The position numbers were made by a program, and so were the translations under genes. Shown one piece after another: positions 39,232 through 49,922 of a stretch of 64,000 bases of DNA. Origin of the DNA: the human T2T-CHM13v2.0 reference genome, Homo sapiens. Location: NCBI RefSeq assembly GCF_009914755.1, contig NC_060927.1. One strand, given 5' to 3'. The notes under the pieces are model-generated. The model made no database searches and had not been told where the DNA came from. It saw nothing but the letters and a program-made list of their open reading frames with translations. Each line of letters begins with the position of its first letter. Position 1 is the stretch's first letter.

Positions 39232-39710
39232 TGTGGCAGGCAGCTTCCTGTTACTCGTATTCTTGTGTCCCTCTCCTTGAGTGTGGGCTGTGTCTCACTT
39301 CTAACAAACAAATAGACTATGGTAAAGTTATGGAATGTCCGTTTTGAGATTAGGTGATGAAAAGGCTCTGGCATCCATCTTGCTCTCTCGCTTGCTCTGA
39401 TGGAAGCCACCTCCCATGTTGTGAGCTGACCCTTTAAGGCAAAGGCCATGTGGCAAGGAACTGAAGGAGGTGTCTGGCCAACAGCCAGTAAGGCACTGAG
39501 GCCCTCAATCCACAGCCCACAAGATTCAACCCACTGAACCCTCCCAGAAACCACTTCGAGCGATCTTGAAAGGCCTGTCCCACCTTGAGATGACTACAAG
39601 TATCATAGCCTCATGAGACACTGAGCCAGAGAACCCAGATAAGCCATGCCCAGATTCCTCGTTTCAAGCTATTAAGTTTTAAGGCAATTTTTTACATAAA
39701 TAACTTAACA
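39232..39710 (+). mobile_element. MLT1 (MLT1E/F-like) MaLR LTR
   Basis: CCTTGAGTGTGGGCTG, CCATGTGGCAAGGAACTGA, AAGCCATGCCCAGATTCCT, AAGCTATTAAGTTTT motifs. Confidence 0.75.
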
Positions 39711-40043
39711 CATTTGAGACAAATGAGGCATTACTATGCCACAGCCTGAAAACTGTCTAGCAGTTACCTTAGGCAAGTTAATCTATTTTCAAACAGGAAG
39801 AGCCTTCCCCACCTCATAGACTAACTGTAATGTCTGTGTGAAGGCATCTGCTCACATATAAAATAAGTAAGCTTCCTTTGAACTCAACACAGAAAATTTT
39901 AACGGACTCAAATTGGTTTACCAATATCTTTCAAGAGGAATTTCAATTGAATTGTTCATAATTTATACTTTTTTATATAGAAAACATTTTTAACTAGTGA
40001 AAACAAAGGACACATTCAAAATCAGGTAGAAATCATGTTTCCT

Positions 40044-40049
40044 TTTAAT
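40044..40049 (-). terminator. CHCHD4: Probable CHCHD4 polyadenylation signal (ATTAAA); 3' UTR ~40025-40831
   Basis: ATTAAA on the minus strand ~780 nt after the stop, followed by a GU/U-rich tract (TGATTTGAATGTGTCCTTTGTTTTC). Confidence 0.6.
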
Positions 40050-40831
40050 TGAATACTTAATTCACAACGTTTCCTCTCTTGCTGCTACTCTGGTAATAAT
40101 TAGGTCCCCACCTCTCAAGAACATTGCACCTGACTAGACTGAGAGCCAGTGTGAACATGGGCCCCAAACCAGGGCTTTCGGAATAACAAGGAACAGCCAA
40201 GCCAGCCTCTCCCTTCACTTAGAAAGGGATTATGAATGGAAGGGTCCAAATCTTCATCATCCAAACACAGAAAACCAGGAGCTCAACACCTACATGGAAA
40301 CCAAAATGTATCAGGAATAAAGTACAGTACCCCTTCACATACTCAAGGTCAAGATGGGTTTGCAGAAATCATATCTGACCATCTGGCCTCTGCTAGTAGA
40401 TATGGCCCCATCCCAGCATTTTTAAGAGATGTTTTTGTTGTATTATTTCCCCAAGGGGTATAAAATCTACCAAAAGGAATATAATGAATCAGAATAAATC
40501 AGCTCACTCACAAGAAACGTTCTTGGGTAATGGTTTTTAGTTGCTGAGCTTATTCAGCACATTATTTAAAAGTGGCAAAATTCAGGGCAATCTGAGAATT
40601 CAAAAGTGGCGGCCACAGGTTTGGGTAGGACACACATACATACAACCCCCATTTTTTTCAGTGTATATGTCAAGAGGTCAAGACCTCAAGACCTCTGATC
40701 ATCAAAATAAGTTATTTTGTATATTATAATGCACAGGACAACAGAAGGAAACTTTCTTGGAAGGTGATGACAAGGCCTTTTGCAAAAGGTCCACTCCAAA
40801 AGGACTGGTGCCCAGTGCCTTGTGGCCTTCA

Positions 40832-41139
40832 TTAACTTGATCCCTCCTCTTCTTTGGTTGCAGTGGCCTCAATGGGAGCTGTTTCTTCTGCTTGTTCTGC
40901 TGGCTTCTTCTCTCTTTCCTCTTCCTCATCCTCATCCTCTTGGGGATAGAGGTCTGGGTATTTCTGCATGCATTCCTGCATGGCCCGGAACTGGTCTACA
41001 CAGTCTGACCCCTTGATCTCCTCCGTGCTATAGTGGAAGCAGGAAAAGGCTGACTTAAACTGTTCTCCACAGGGACCGCTGGCCATTCCCCCAAGGCATG
41101 GGCAGTTCCAGTTAATGTTTCCATTTGGCAGTATCAATC
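40832..41139 (-). CDS. CHCHD4: CHCHD4 (MIA40) last coding exon
   Basis: Encodes [18 protein letters not shown], the CPC motif, twin CX9C and an acidic tail; acceptor TCTTCCTGTTCTAG; TAA stop. Exons 22+99+308 = 429 nt = 142 aa plus stop. Confidence 0.98.
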
Positions 41140-44100
41140 CTAGAACAGGAAGATAGAGAGATGTTCTCTAAAGTTTCAGAAAATACAAAACTAGTCCAGT
41201 CCTCACAGGCTACTGAGGGGGTGCAGAACAGGAACTATTGTTGCCTATGGACCCACACCTCGATTTGGATTAGGTTTAAAGCCTAGCACATATCCAGCAT
41301 TCCTTGGCCCACCTGGGAGAGAAGCCACCAATGACATATTTCTCCACGTGTGACACTAATTTATTCTAAGCCACCTCTCAGTGCTCTGAGGCTGTGCTCC
41401 AAGAATTAAATACCGGGACCCATTTAGCCCAAAGAAGAGGAGATCACTTGGATGGTTAGTGAGGAGCTTTTTGAAAGCCCAAACACTTTAAGGAACTGAG
41501 GTATTGATCTCCTCTTTCCAATCCCCCTCCCCATATGGATGATCAGGACCACCCCACCCCCATGCTCCCTGCCCCCCTGAGCCCCTCTTGCCCTGCAGCT
41601 GCTCTCAGAAGCTCAGCATAGCCTGGGGACTGGTGAAAAGGAGGAGGTTGCTCCTTATGTACTGACGAAGAAAGATGTCCAAGACATGCTGCACAATGAG
41701 AAGCTGGTGGCATACCATTAGTGCGAGTGCATTCTTGTAAAAATCAACCAAACCTGTTAAACTGCACATATGTGTTGGGCAGGAAGCAAGGTTATAGATG
41801 GGTTTTCATTTTCACTATATTAATAGGCTTCTTACTTTTGACTTTTATACCTTTTCTTATCATTGAACTTTATTCACATCTAAATAGTATTTCTTGGCTT
41901 TCCAAAATGCTCTCAAAACGATGGCTTCATTTTCAGCTTTGTGAAGACATGATTCATACAGAAGTTTCTTACATGATTCTTATTAAGAGACTGAAAGTAC
42001 TTTCTAAGAGAGCCTCTAAAAGGTCCTGTGAAATTACACATGATTCTTCACTCCAGGGCAGTACCCAAGCCTGGCACTCTGCACTAACGTCCAAAGTCCT
42101 AGGCGAAACCCCGCCTGCCTTCAATTCCAGCTTGGGAAGCTCCACTGATCAATGGATCTGCTGTAGCTATTCCTGTTCCTTACTTGTAAAATGGGGACAG
42201 CAAGGACGATGCCAACTAGTGCTGCCCCCTTAGCAGGCGCAGACCCCCAGGACCATCAGCAGTTGCAGATCAAGTTCTCCTGCATTAAGCTACGTTTGGT
42301 AACTCACATAAGCCTTCTGACAACCTTCTGCAGTGGGTGCTACTAACCCCAGTTTACTCATGCAGTCTCTGGGGTTCATGGTCCAAGTGAGGACTGCAGA
42401 CTGGGCTGACAGGATTCCCAGAGTCCATGCCCCTTCCCCTACATCTCACCACTTCTTGAAATGGACCTCAGTGCTGGAGAAACATTTGCAAATGCTGCCC
42501 CCTGGAGCTTCAAATCTGCTCACAAACCTGCACAACCAGTTTCCAAAAGAGGTAATACTGACATTTAAAAATTACAACCCAGTACAAATTGACCAGGTGG
42601 TTGATTAAAAAAAATCATAACAAAAAATGTATAACCTAGGTCTCCAGGAGTCCTTGTTTCATTGTTTCTTAGGGGCAGGTAAGCTGGAATGAGATACCTC
42701 CTCACAAAGCACATGGTGCCAATTTGCATTTCAGGGACACAATATAAATCCACACAGAGGGTACCTTTGGCATGTTACATAAAGCTCAGATGCAGTGTGT
42801 TGTCAAACATGCAGTCTAAGGCCTGAAGTTCCAGTCTCTGGCTGAGTCAGTCTCCGCCCCCGCCCAGGCCCCCAGTTTTCTCATTGGATCAGATGATCTT
42901 TAAGGCCCTCTTGATGTTTTGATTCTAGGAAAATTAATTCTGCCACCTTTTTTCTTGGTACTCTTAGCTATTCCAAGCACCATCTCAGCTGCAGAGCTGG
43001 ATGCTGGAAGGCAGGTAGATGGCATAAAATGGTGGCTTACTTGGTCCACTTACTAATTTTGCAGTTTAAGAGCTTGAAACTTGGGTCCCAGAGTTCTTTG
43101 CGTTTTATAGGCTTCTTTTTACAAAGTATTCACTATAAGGGGCTGTAAAGCCAAATGCATCATATGGTATACCTACTATCCAAGCAGATACATTGCAAGT
43201 GACAGAAGCAGGTAAAAAAAAACAACAGGGACAGTAAAGAATGGTGGGATCTGGAGGGGGCAGACCAGTCTAAAGGCAGATACGTACTGCTTTTAATAAC
43301 ACTGTGAGGCAAACAAAACAAGGCCCGATTTGTCCTGCAGGCCTCCACAGTCTTGATCAATTAATGAAATGTGCTTAATATGGATCTAAAGATAAGCAAG
43401 GTACTAGAATTGACATGTAAGCCCTGATCAAGATTACCCTTGCAGCTGTCTTTCTCAGAATGCTAACACTTTGTATAACGTCTGCATTTCCCACTGCTCC
43501 CACTGGGTGCTGGATATGTATTTTATGCTTTAACCCCTAGGAGCAGTCAGGGCAACAAGTGAAGGGTCCTACAAGGAATATACACACATCAGTTAGCATT
43601 TGAGAAATTCCAATCAGGAGCCCATATTCTCGAGGCGGCTGCTTCAAGCTCTTCAATTACCAGTTAGCACTAGAAGATTAGTTGTCATCATGGACATCAG
43701 AAGTGGTTTTTGATTGGTGAAGTGACTACTGTACAATACGTAGATTGTTCATGGACACTGCACACACACATCCACCTCACACGGTCTGCAGTAGTAAGTA
43801 TCTAGTGAGTTTAGCAGCCCAAATCCTTTGGAACAATGTCCTAGGCCTAAGCGACCACTGTTATATTCAGCCATTAACCAAGGAGTGAGCAACAGCTCTG
43901 ACTAGGTTAGCTGACTCCTGCTGCTAGAAAGCTGTCTGTGGCAAGTGACCTTTTCATGTAAGGTGCTTGCTGGAGCAGTTAGAGACAGCAGGGACTTCAC
44001 CAACCTTACAGAACAAGGTGAATGACTGTCTACTTGCTAATAAAGTTGGTAGATGTGGCAGAATTCAGTCTGGCAACTTGTCTGAGCAAAAGCCCTGTCA

Positions 44101-44370
44101 CCTTAACCTACCTATAACTGCTGGAATCTACTAATACCCTCTCCCAAAACTTAGCTGTTGTGCCAGGGAAGTACATCAGAACAAGGCTGGAAAGCACAGT
44201 CCCTCAAACCTCTGAGGAAGATAAACCACTGCCCTCAGAGATGGTCTATGGCTGAGAATAGATACCTGAAAACTTGGCCTTGGCTAGGAAAACATGGGAA
44301 AGGAATTAAGAACACTGAGCTTCTCCCCAGTGCCCTGGTGTGGGTCCCTGGGAGGCCACATGTCACTCAC

Positions 44371-44469
44371 CATGCTCCTCGTATGGATCGTTGGGGTCAT
44401 CAGCCACCAATTCTGCACTGCTTGGAGTTTCATGATCTTCTTTGGTTACAAATATGATTCGATCCTTCC
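44371..44469 (-). CDS. CHCHD4: CHCHD4 internal coding exon (99 nt)
   Basis: Encodes [33 protein letters not shown]; AG/GTGAGT boundaries; phases match neighbouring exons. Confidence 0.97.
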
Positions 44470-47400
44470 CTAGTGTTTGGAGAACAGAGGAAGAAATATT
44501 TCATTCAAGAGCAGTGAATCAGCTTTAAACCCAAAGCAGCCGCCACACAAACCAAGTTTGAAGACTCTCCCATATGCCATCCCTATGTGAGGTGACTATC
44601 AAACTGCTCTCATATGCTAGGGGTAGCAAACAAAAGCGGATGGATAAGGGGCAGGGCAGGAAAAAAAGCACTGAAGAAAAAGAGTGTCCTGGGGTTGACC
44701 CACAGGGTTCAGAATGCATAAAAGTTGAAGGAAGACTGAGCACATTGGCAAAGTGAGTGTGCAGTGATGTGGGTCCTCAGCCTACAGATCACTGCAGCCC
44801 ACATAGCTGATGCGGCCACAGGCCCCTGCCTCTGAAAGGCTGAGGACACAGGTGGTCTGAGAGGGACCACAGCCAGCACCCCCACTAGGCCTCTGGGCTC
44901 CTAATCGTGGCCGGAAGAAGGAAGGGTCATAAGGTGAGGAACACTGCAGCCGTTCCACTCCCCACAGTCCAAGAGGCCGGGGGACCATTTCCCAACAAGT
45001 ATAATAACTGGAGGGGGGCAGTAGGAGGAGCACTTCTCAGATCTTTTTAACTGTGACCATCTGCAGTTTATTTTTTTAGGACAAACCCAACAGTGGTTAG
45101 GGTCAGGACTGTGGTCCTGTGAGGACCAGCATGGGAAAGCCAGCAGGCCTAAAGTGCAGAGCACCTTGTCCACAACCAGAGCCCTCACCCTGGGGCCTGG
45201 CTGCCGGAAGGTCTGAGGGCTCCAGGAAAACAGACCAGTGAGAGTCAAATGCATTTTATATTAGGAGCTTCTCCTCACTGGAGGCTGGGTGAGCACAGAA
45301 AAGCACATCAGTCCTGGCCAAACCAGGGTGGGTGCATTCACTGCCTTAGAGTGACCCCCTATGAAGTATTATCACCCTCAGCCCCCATGGAGTACAACAG
45401 AAAACCAAGGCTGAGTTAAGCAGAAGGGAGGTCCTTACAGCCCTCTCTGCTACACCTTGTAGCTGTCAACACTTTACCTCACCTCCCTAAAAACTTTGGC
45501 CATCAGCTAACCACACCACAGGTATGTGTCAGATATTCCCATTGTGGGCAAGGAGCACCTTGTCCTCAGTACCCCACACTGCACGGTGGGTCATCAGTTT
45601 CTCCAGCTGTCCCCAGAGAACAGACAGAGCCAGTCCATCTTTTGGTCCTCCGTGTGAGCTCATTCCTCCATCCTATCGCCACCCTGAGAGGGAGGTAGCA
45701 GCATCCCCTTTTAATGGTGGTGAGCCTGAGGCTGTGAGTAGTAACTTGCTGGGCCACACAGGACAGGATGCTCTGAAGTCTACACTGTTGGAGATCCTTT
45801 CTACACACCCATACTGCCCCGCACCAACATTTGCACAAGAATAATCGACAGCTGACACTGAGCACTTAGCATGACTGGGCACTGCCTGAGAGCTTGTGCA
45901 CCTTGGGCAATGAATAAATACAATAAATTCTGACCCAACCTCGGCCCCAAAAAGCTTAGAACCAAGTGAAATGTTTGCCAAGTAAACAAACAAGATCTTT
46001 CTTGTACTTTCCTGGTGAAGGTGAATGACAAATTCTACAGACCAACTGACCATGCATTCTGATCCTAGAAGATCTGGGGTACTGGGACCCTCATCTGGAA
46101 GGGGATAGGAGGTGCCAAGCATTTAAGAAGACTTCTTCAGGTATGGCCAAAAGTGCCTGGCAGAGAGCCACAGTGCATGGCTCTGAGTGAGTGGCCACTG
46201 TGGGCGCAGAGGCCGGACCTGCAGAAACGTGGCCCTGTGAAAGCTGCGGGCATCTCTGATCACTTTATACTTTTTGTTTATATTTAGAAAAGTTCAGTCA
46301 CAGCTATGCTGAGGGGAAAGCAAGGAAAAAGGTTTGGGCCCATGCTTGGGCTGAAGTAATTAAGGAAGAGGCTTCTGGAAGGAAGGGGGCAGTGACAACA
46401 AAAACCGAGCGACATCTCCAGTGAGAAGGACAGTTCAGGGGACAGAGGGAGGGCACTTTGGTGCCTTACGCCATGCCCACACTGCACAGGGTCTCTTACA
46501 CTAGAACAGAGTAACAACAAAAAACCCTCAGCACACGGGGCCAGGACCCCCAACCCACTGGAGGCTTTTGCTCCCAGAGCTGGCCTCTGCCTCAATACCT
46601 TGCATGTCATCCAACAGAAGGCTGCTTTTCCCCTGTGGCTGACTGGGGAAAGCTTTTGGACCAGGCAGCCAGGACTTGTTAAAGTACCTAGTAACCTTGG
46701 TTCTACTATTCTGGCCAGTTTCCAAAATACTCAAAAGCAATCTGTAAAAATGTTGAACGCTAAGCAGAATGAGCTGATGCAAATTTCGCAACTCAGCTCT
46801 GGCAGTTTTGTTTACCGAGATGGCAGCTCAGCGCAGCCCAACGGGGAGGCCCAGTCACAGGCACAGAAAGCAAAGGGTCCAAACGTGGTAAAGTATGAGG
46901 CCCTCCTGGGGTTTGCCATACATAGAGAGACCAGGCCTCACCCAAGAAAAGCTGAATCGAGCTCTCTGCCATGTCCATGTAGCTCACGGGCTTCACAGGT
47001 GACTGTGATACACAGCCAGGTTAGGAAACACCAGCCTAGCACAATCCCACTGAGAATTCCAGGTCCCTCCCACTGGGCCAAGTCCTCACATGTGCCTTCC
47101 TGGACATTTTCCCTTGCAGCACAGTTCACACTGGATCGAAAGTAGAACAGTAACAGCTGTATCTTTTACACATTTTTGTCCCATGCAATGTGTTTTATTA
47201 CATCTGTGAGTTCACTGGTGGGTATTACTTTATCTCCATTTTACAGAGACCACAGGATCTGAGAAACAGACCAAAAGACATGCAGTAAATGAAGGCAGAA
47301 CAGGAACAGGAACTCTGGTCTGAAAGATCTGGAGTATGTCCCCTACAAACTGTCCATTGTATGCCTGTCCTAGAGGGCCTTTGCTTTCTGGAACTTTTAA

Positions 47401-48149
47401 AAGTCGATTCAAGGACTGATGCAAGGACAAGGCTTACCTATTCCTAACAGACCTAACTGTGAAAGAAAGGACTGGTCAGACTAGTCGTAAGATGCCAACT
47501 AGTGGGACAATCAGCTAGACTAGTAGTTCTCATGACATTTGTCAGCAATTTCTCTAGAGAAATAAAATTTAAAAGTGCTTGTGTTTTTATTTCTAAGATA
47601 AGCTTTAAAAGCAGTTGAATATGCATGTTCTGAAGGAGGTGGAAAACTACCTTAAACCCTCTGGTGCACAGTGGCTTCAATATTTCAATATCACAGAGAG
47701 TCTGAGAACTGGAGTTCAAATCTGGGCTTAAGCACTTCCCACTGTATGAGCTCAGGTACCATCTGGGCCTCAGAAACCAGGCCTTACCACCAGCTCCACC
47801 TACCTACCTCACGTGGTTGGGGAGGTGAAATGAGTTTCTGCTGTCAGCTGGAATCCCACTTGACAGCAATTTTTAAAGGGCATCAAGGATAGCATGGCCA
47901 GGAAAAGAGACAATCACAGGCTCAGAGATGTCAATAATGTTTTGGAAATGGGAGAGCTGATGGTCGAGTGCTCTCTGACTTAACCAGTGAAGAAAGCTGA
48001 ACTCAAAGTGCACAAGGAGGAGGTCATCCAGAATCAACTCAGTCCCCACCCCAGAACCTTGGTCAGAGTGGGGAACTGGAGGCCCGAGGGGTTACTCTGA
48101 GTGCAGGACTTCAGGGTGGGGCTGAGAACAGAACTGAGTGAGCAGTCAG

Positions 48150-48710
48150 ATACAAAGACACCTTCCACCCCCAGCTGTTTAGTTTTACTCTCGGTAGAGC
48201 CACCCCAACCCGTCTTTCTCTCACATCTCCAACAGCAAATTGGAATGGCTCGATCTTCAAATACATCCAGAAAGAGCTGCATCCCTCACCTCTTCGACCC
48301 CATCTCCCACCATCACTCCCTGCACTCCAGCCACGCTGGCCTCTGCTTTTACTTGAATGTGCTGAGCACATGCCTACCTCTGGCCTTTGCACAGGGTGTT
48401 CTGTCCTCCAGGAGCACCTTCCCTTCCCTCAGGTACCCTCACAGCGATTTCTCCCTGCTTTCACCTCCTGCTCAGATGCCACCGTCCCTGACCACTGCCC
48501 ATCTCCCTTATCCCGCTTTATCTTTCTCCAAAGTGCTTTTCGTCACCCAACATACTATGTATGTTTACCACTTGATGCCCCCACTGGAATGTCAGCTCCT
48601 CAGAGGCAGTGATTTTTGTCTATTCTGTTCATTGCAGTATCCTGAGAGCCCAGAATAGTACCAAGGACAAAGTGGGTGTTCAATATTTGTTGAAAAAAAT
48701 GAATGGAGAA
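48150..48710 (+). mobile_element. L2 3' fragment
   Basis: L2 tail motifs (CCAGCCACGCTGGCCTC, GCCTTTGCAC, GAATGTCAGCTCCTCAGAGGCAG, AATATTTGTTGAA...AATGAATG). Confidence 0.7.
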
Positions 48711-48741
48711 ACAACTCTGGATTAGGGCTTGAAGACCCAAG

Positions 48742-49302
48742 TGTAAGAATTAAAGAGGAGAGAAACACGAAGGGTGGCTTTTCAGTCAACAGGGACAGGT
48801 TTATTTTAAACAAACCTGAGAGGGGCTGCTGGCTGAGTTAGGTCAGAGCCACACTCTCTTACAGACTAAGAGTTTTTAAGGATTCAGGGTGGGAGAGCTT
48901 ATCAGTGGCTTGGACTGCTTCTGTGTCTCTTTGTTGTGCTTATCTGGGAGGCAGACTGGTGTGTCTGTTTCCATACATCTTTCTGCAGCTGCAGGCATAT
49001 CCCCCCAAGACTGCTTTTAGCTTCCCTATCTTAGTACACCTGAAGGGAAAGGAATGTGCTTATTAAGGCCCACAGTTTTACTGGGGCCCATTGTATGAGG
49101 GTGAAGTTTGGCAGTCACCCAAGAGACTTTCCCCTCACCTCCCTCTGTGTCCCAGCTGTCTTGTCTGTGTTTTACTGTCTGCTCTTTCTGGCTGCTTGTA
49201 GTTAGAAGAGAAGTGACTTCCTTGAAATGCATGAGGCTAGAAAGGGAGCTGGAACTTAATGTGCCAGTGTTTGTCCGAGATGACGCTACTCCTGCTCTGT
49301 CA
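48742..49302 (-). mobile_element. ERV1 solo LTR, LTR19-like
   Basis: Minus strand TGACAGAGCAGGAG...TTCTTACA; flanks CCAAG / CCCAG; AATAAA at 48800-48805. Confidence 0.8.
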
Positions 49303-49861
49303 CCCAGTCCCAGCAGAAAGCAGGAAGACAGAATGGTTATCACCATTAAGTGAGTGAGACCAAAAAATCCCTTGGATGAGTAGTTTGATTTCCCCCATGA
49401 AAGGGGAGGATCTTTATACACCAGAATCTCTCAGCTCATCCACCCCAGAAGGAATGCCCCTGTGTCCTGCAGAGGAAGCAGTTTATTGTCTCCCATGGAT
49501 GCTGACTCCCCAGGGTCATGTTTGAGAATGGCAACCTGCACTAAGGACTTATTTTCTTTCGTTTTTGGCTAAGTTGATTCAATACACCTGTGATACAATT
49601 CCAACCACTACTTTCTGAAGCTCAACCCAAGAAAGAGATCTAAAGCCAGAGGGAGTGGTGCCTGTGGTGTATTTTGAGTGAGGTAAGGGGTTTCTAAGAG
49701 TTTGATAAATCTGACTGCTAAGGACTTTCATGTTTAGAATCTAACCCCTTTGAAAGATACAACTCCCCCATACAGAATCAAGTGTCTGTGAAGAATACAC
49801 AAATGGCTTTCAGACAGAGTGTTAAGAAGAATGCAAGTGTTAGAAGTTTAGCTCAACAAAC

Positions 49862-49922
49862 CTTCCTCAGCTCCAGCTCTGTGGTAGTACCTGGTGGTCA
49901 CAGATGAATACGACACAGGCAT
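49862..49922 (-). CDS. CHCHD4: CHCHD4 isoform-2 alternative coding start, within cassette exon 49862-50031
   Basis: ATG at 49922 gives MPVSYSSVTTRYYHRAGAEE-G then donor GTTTGT in the same phase as exon 1; 61+99+308 nt = 155 aa, matching the recalled longer isoform; acceptor CCTTTTGCCCTCCAG ends at 50032. Confidence 0.85.

Noticed and set aside
41721-48658. Long intronic ORFs antisense to CHCHD4 (170, 181 and 185 aa)
   Set aside because: Non-ATG starts, no recognisable domains, and partly made of L2/MIR sequence.
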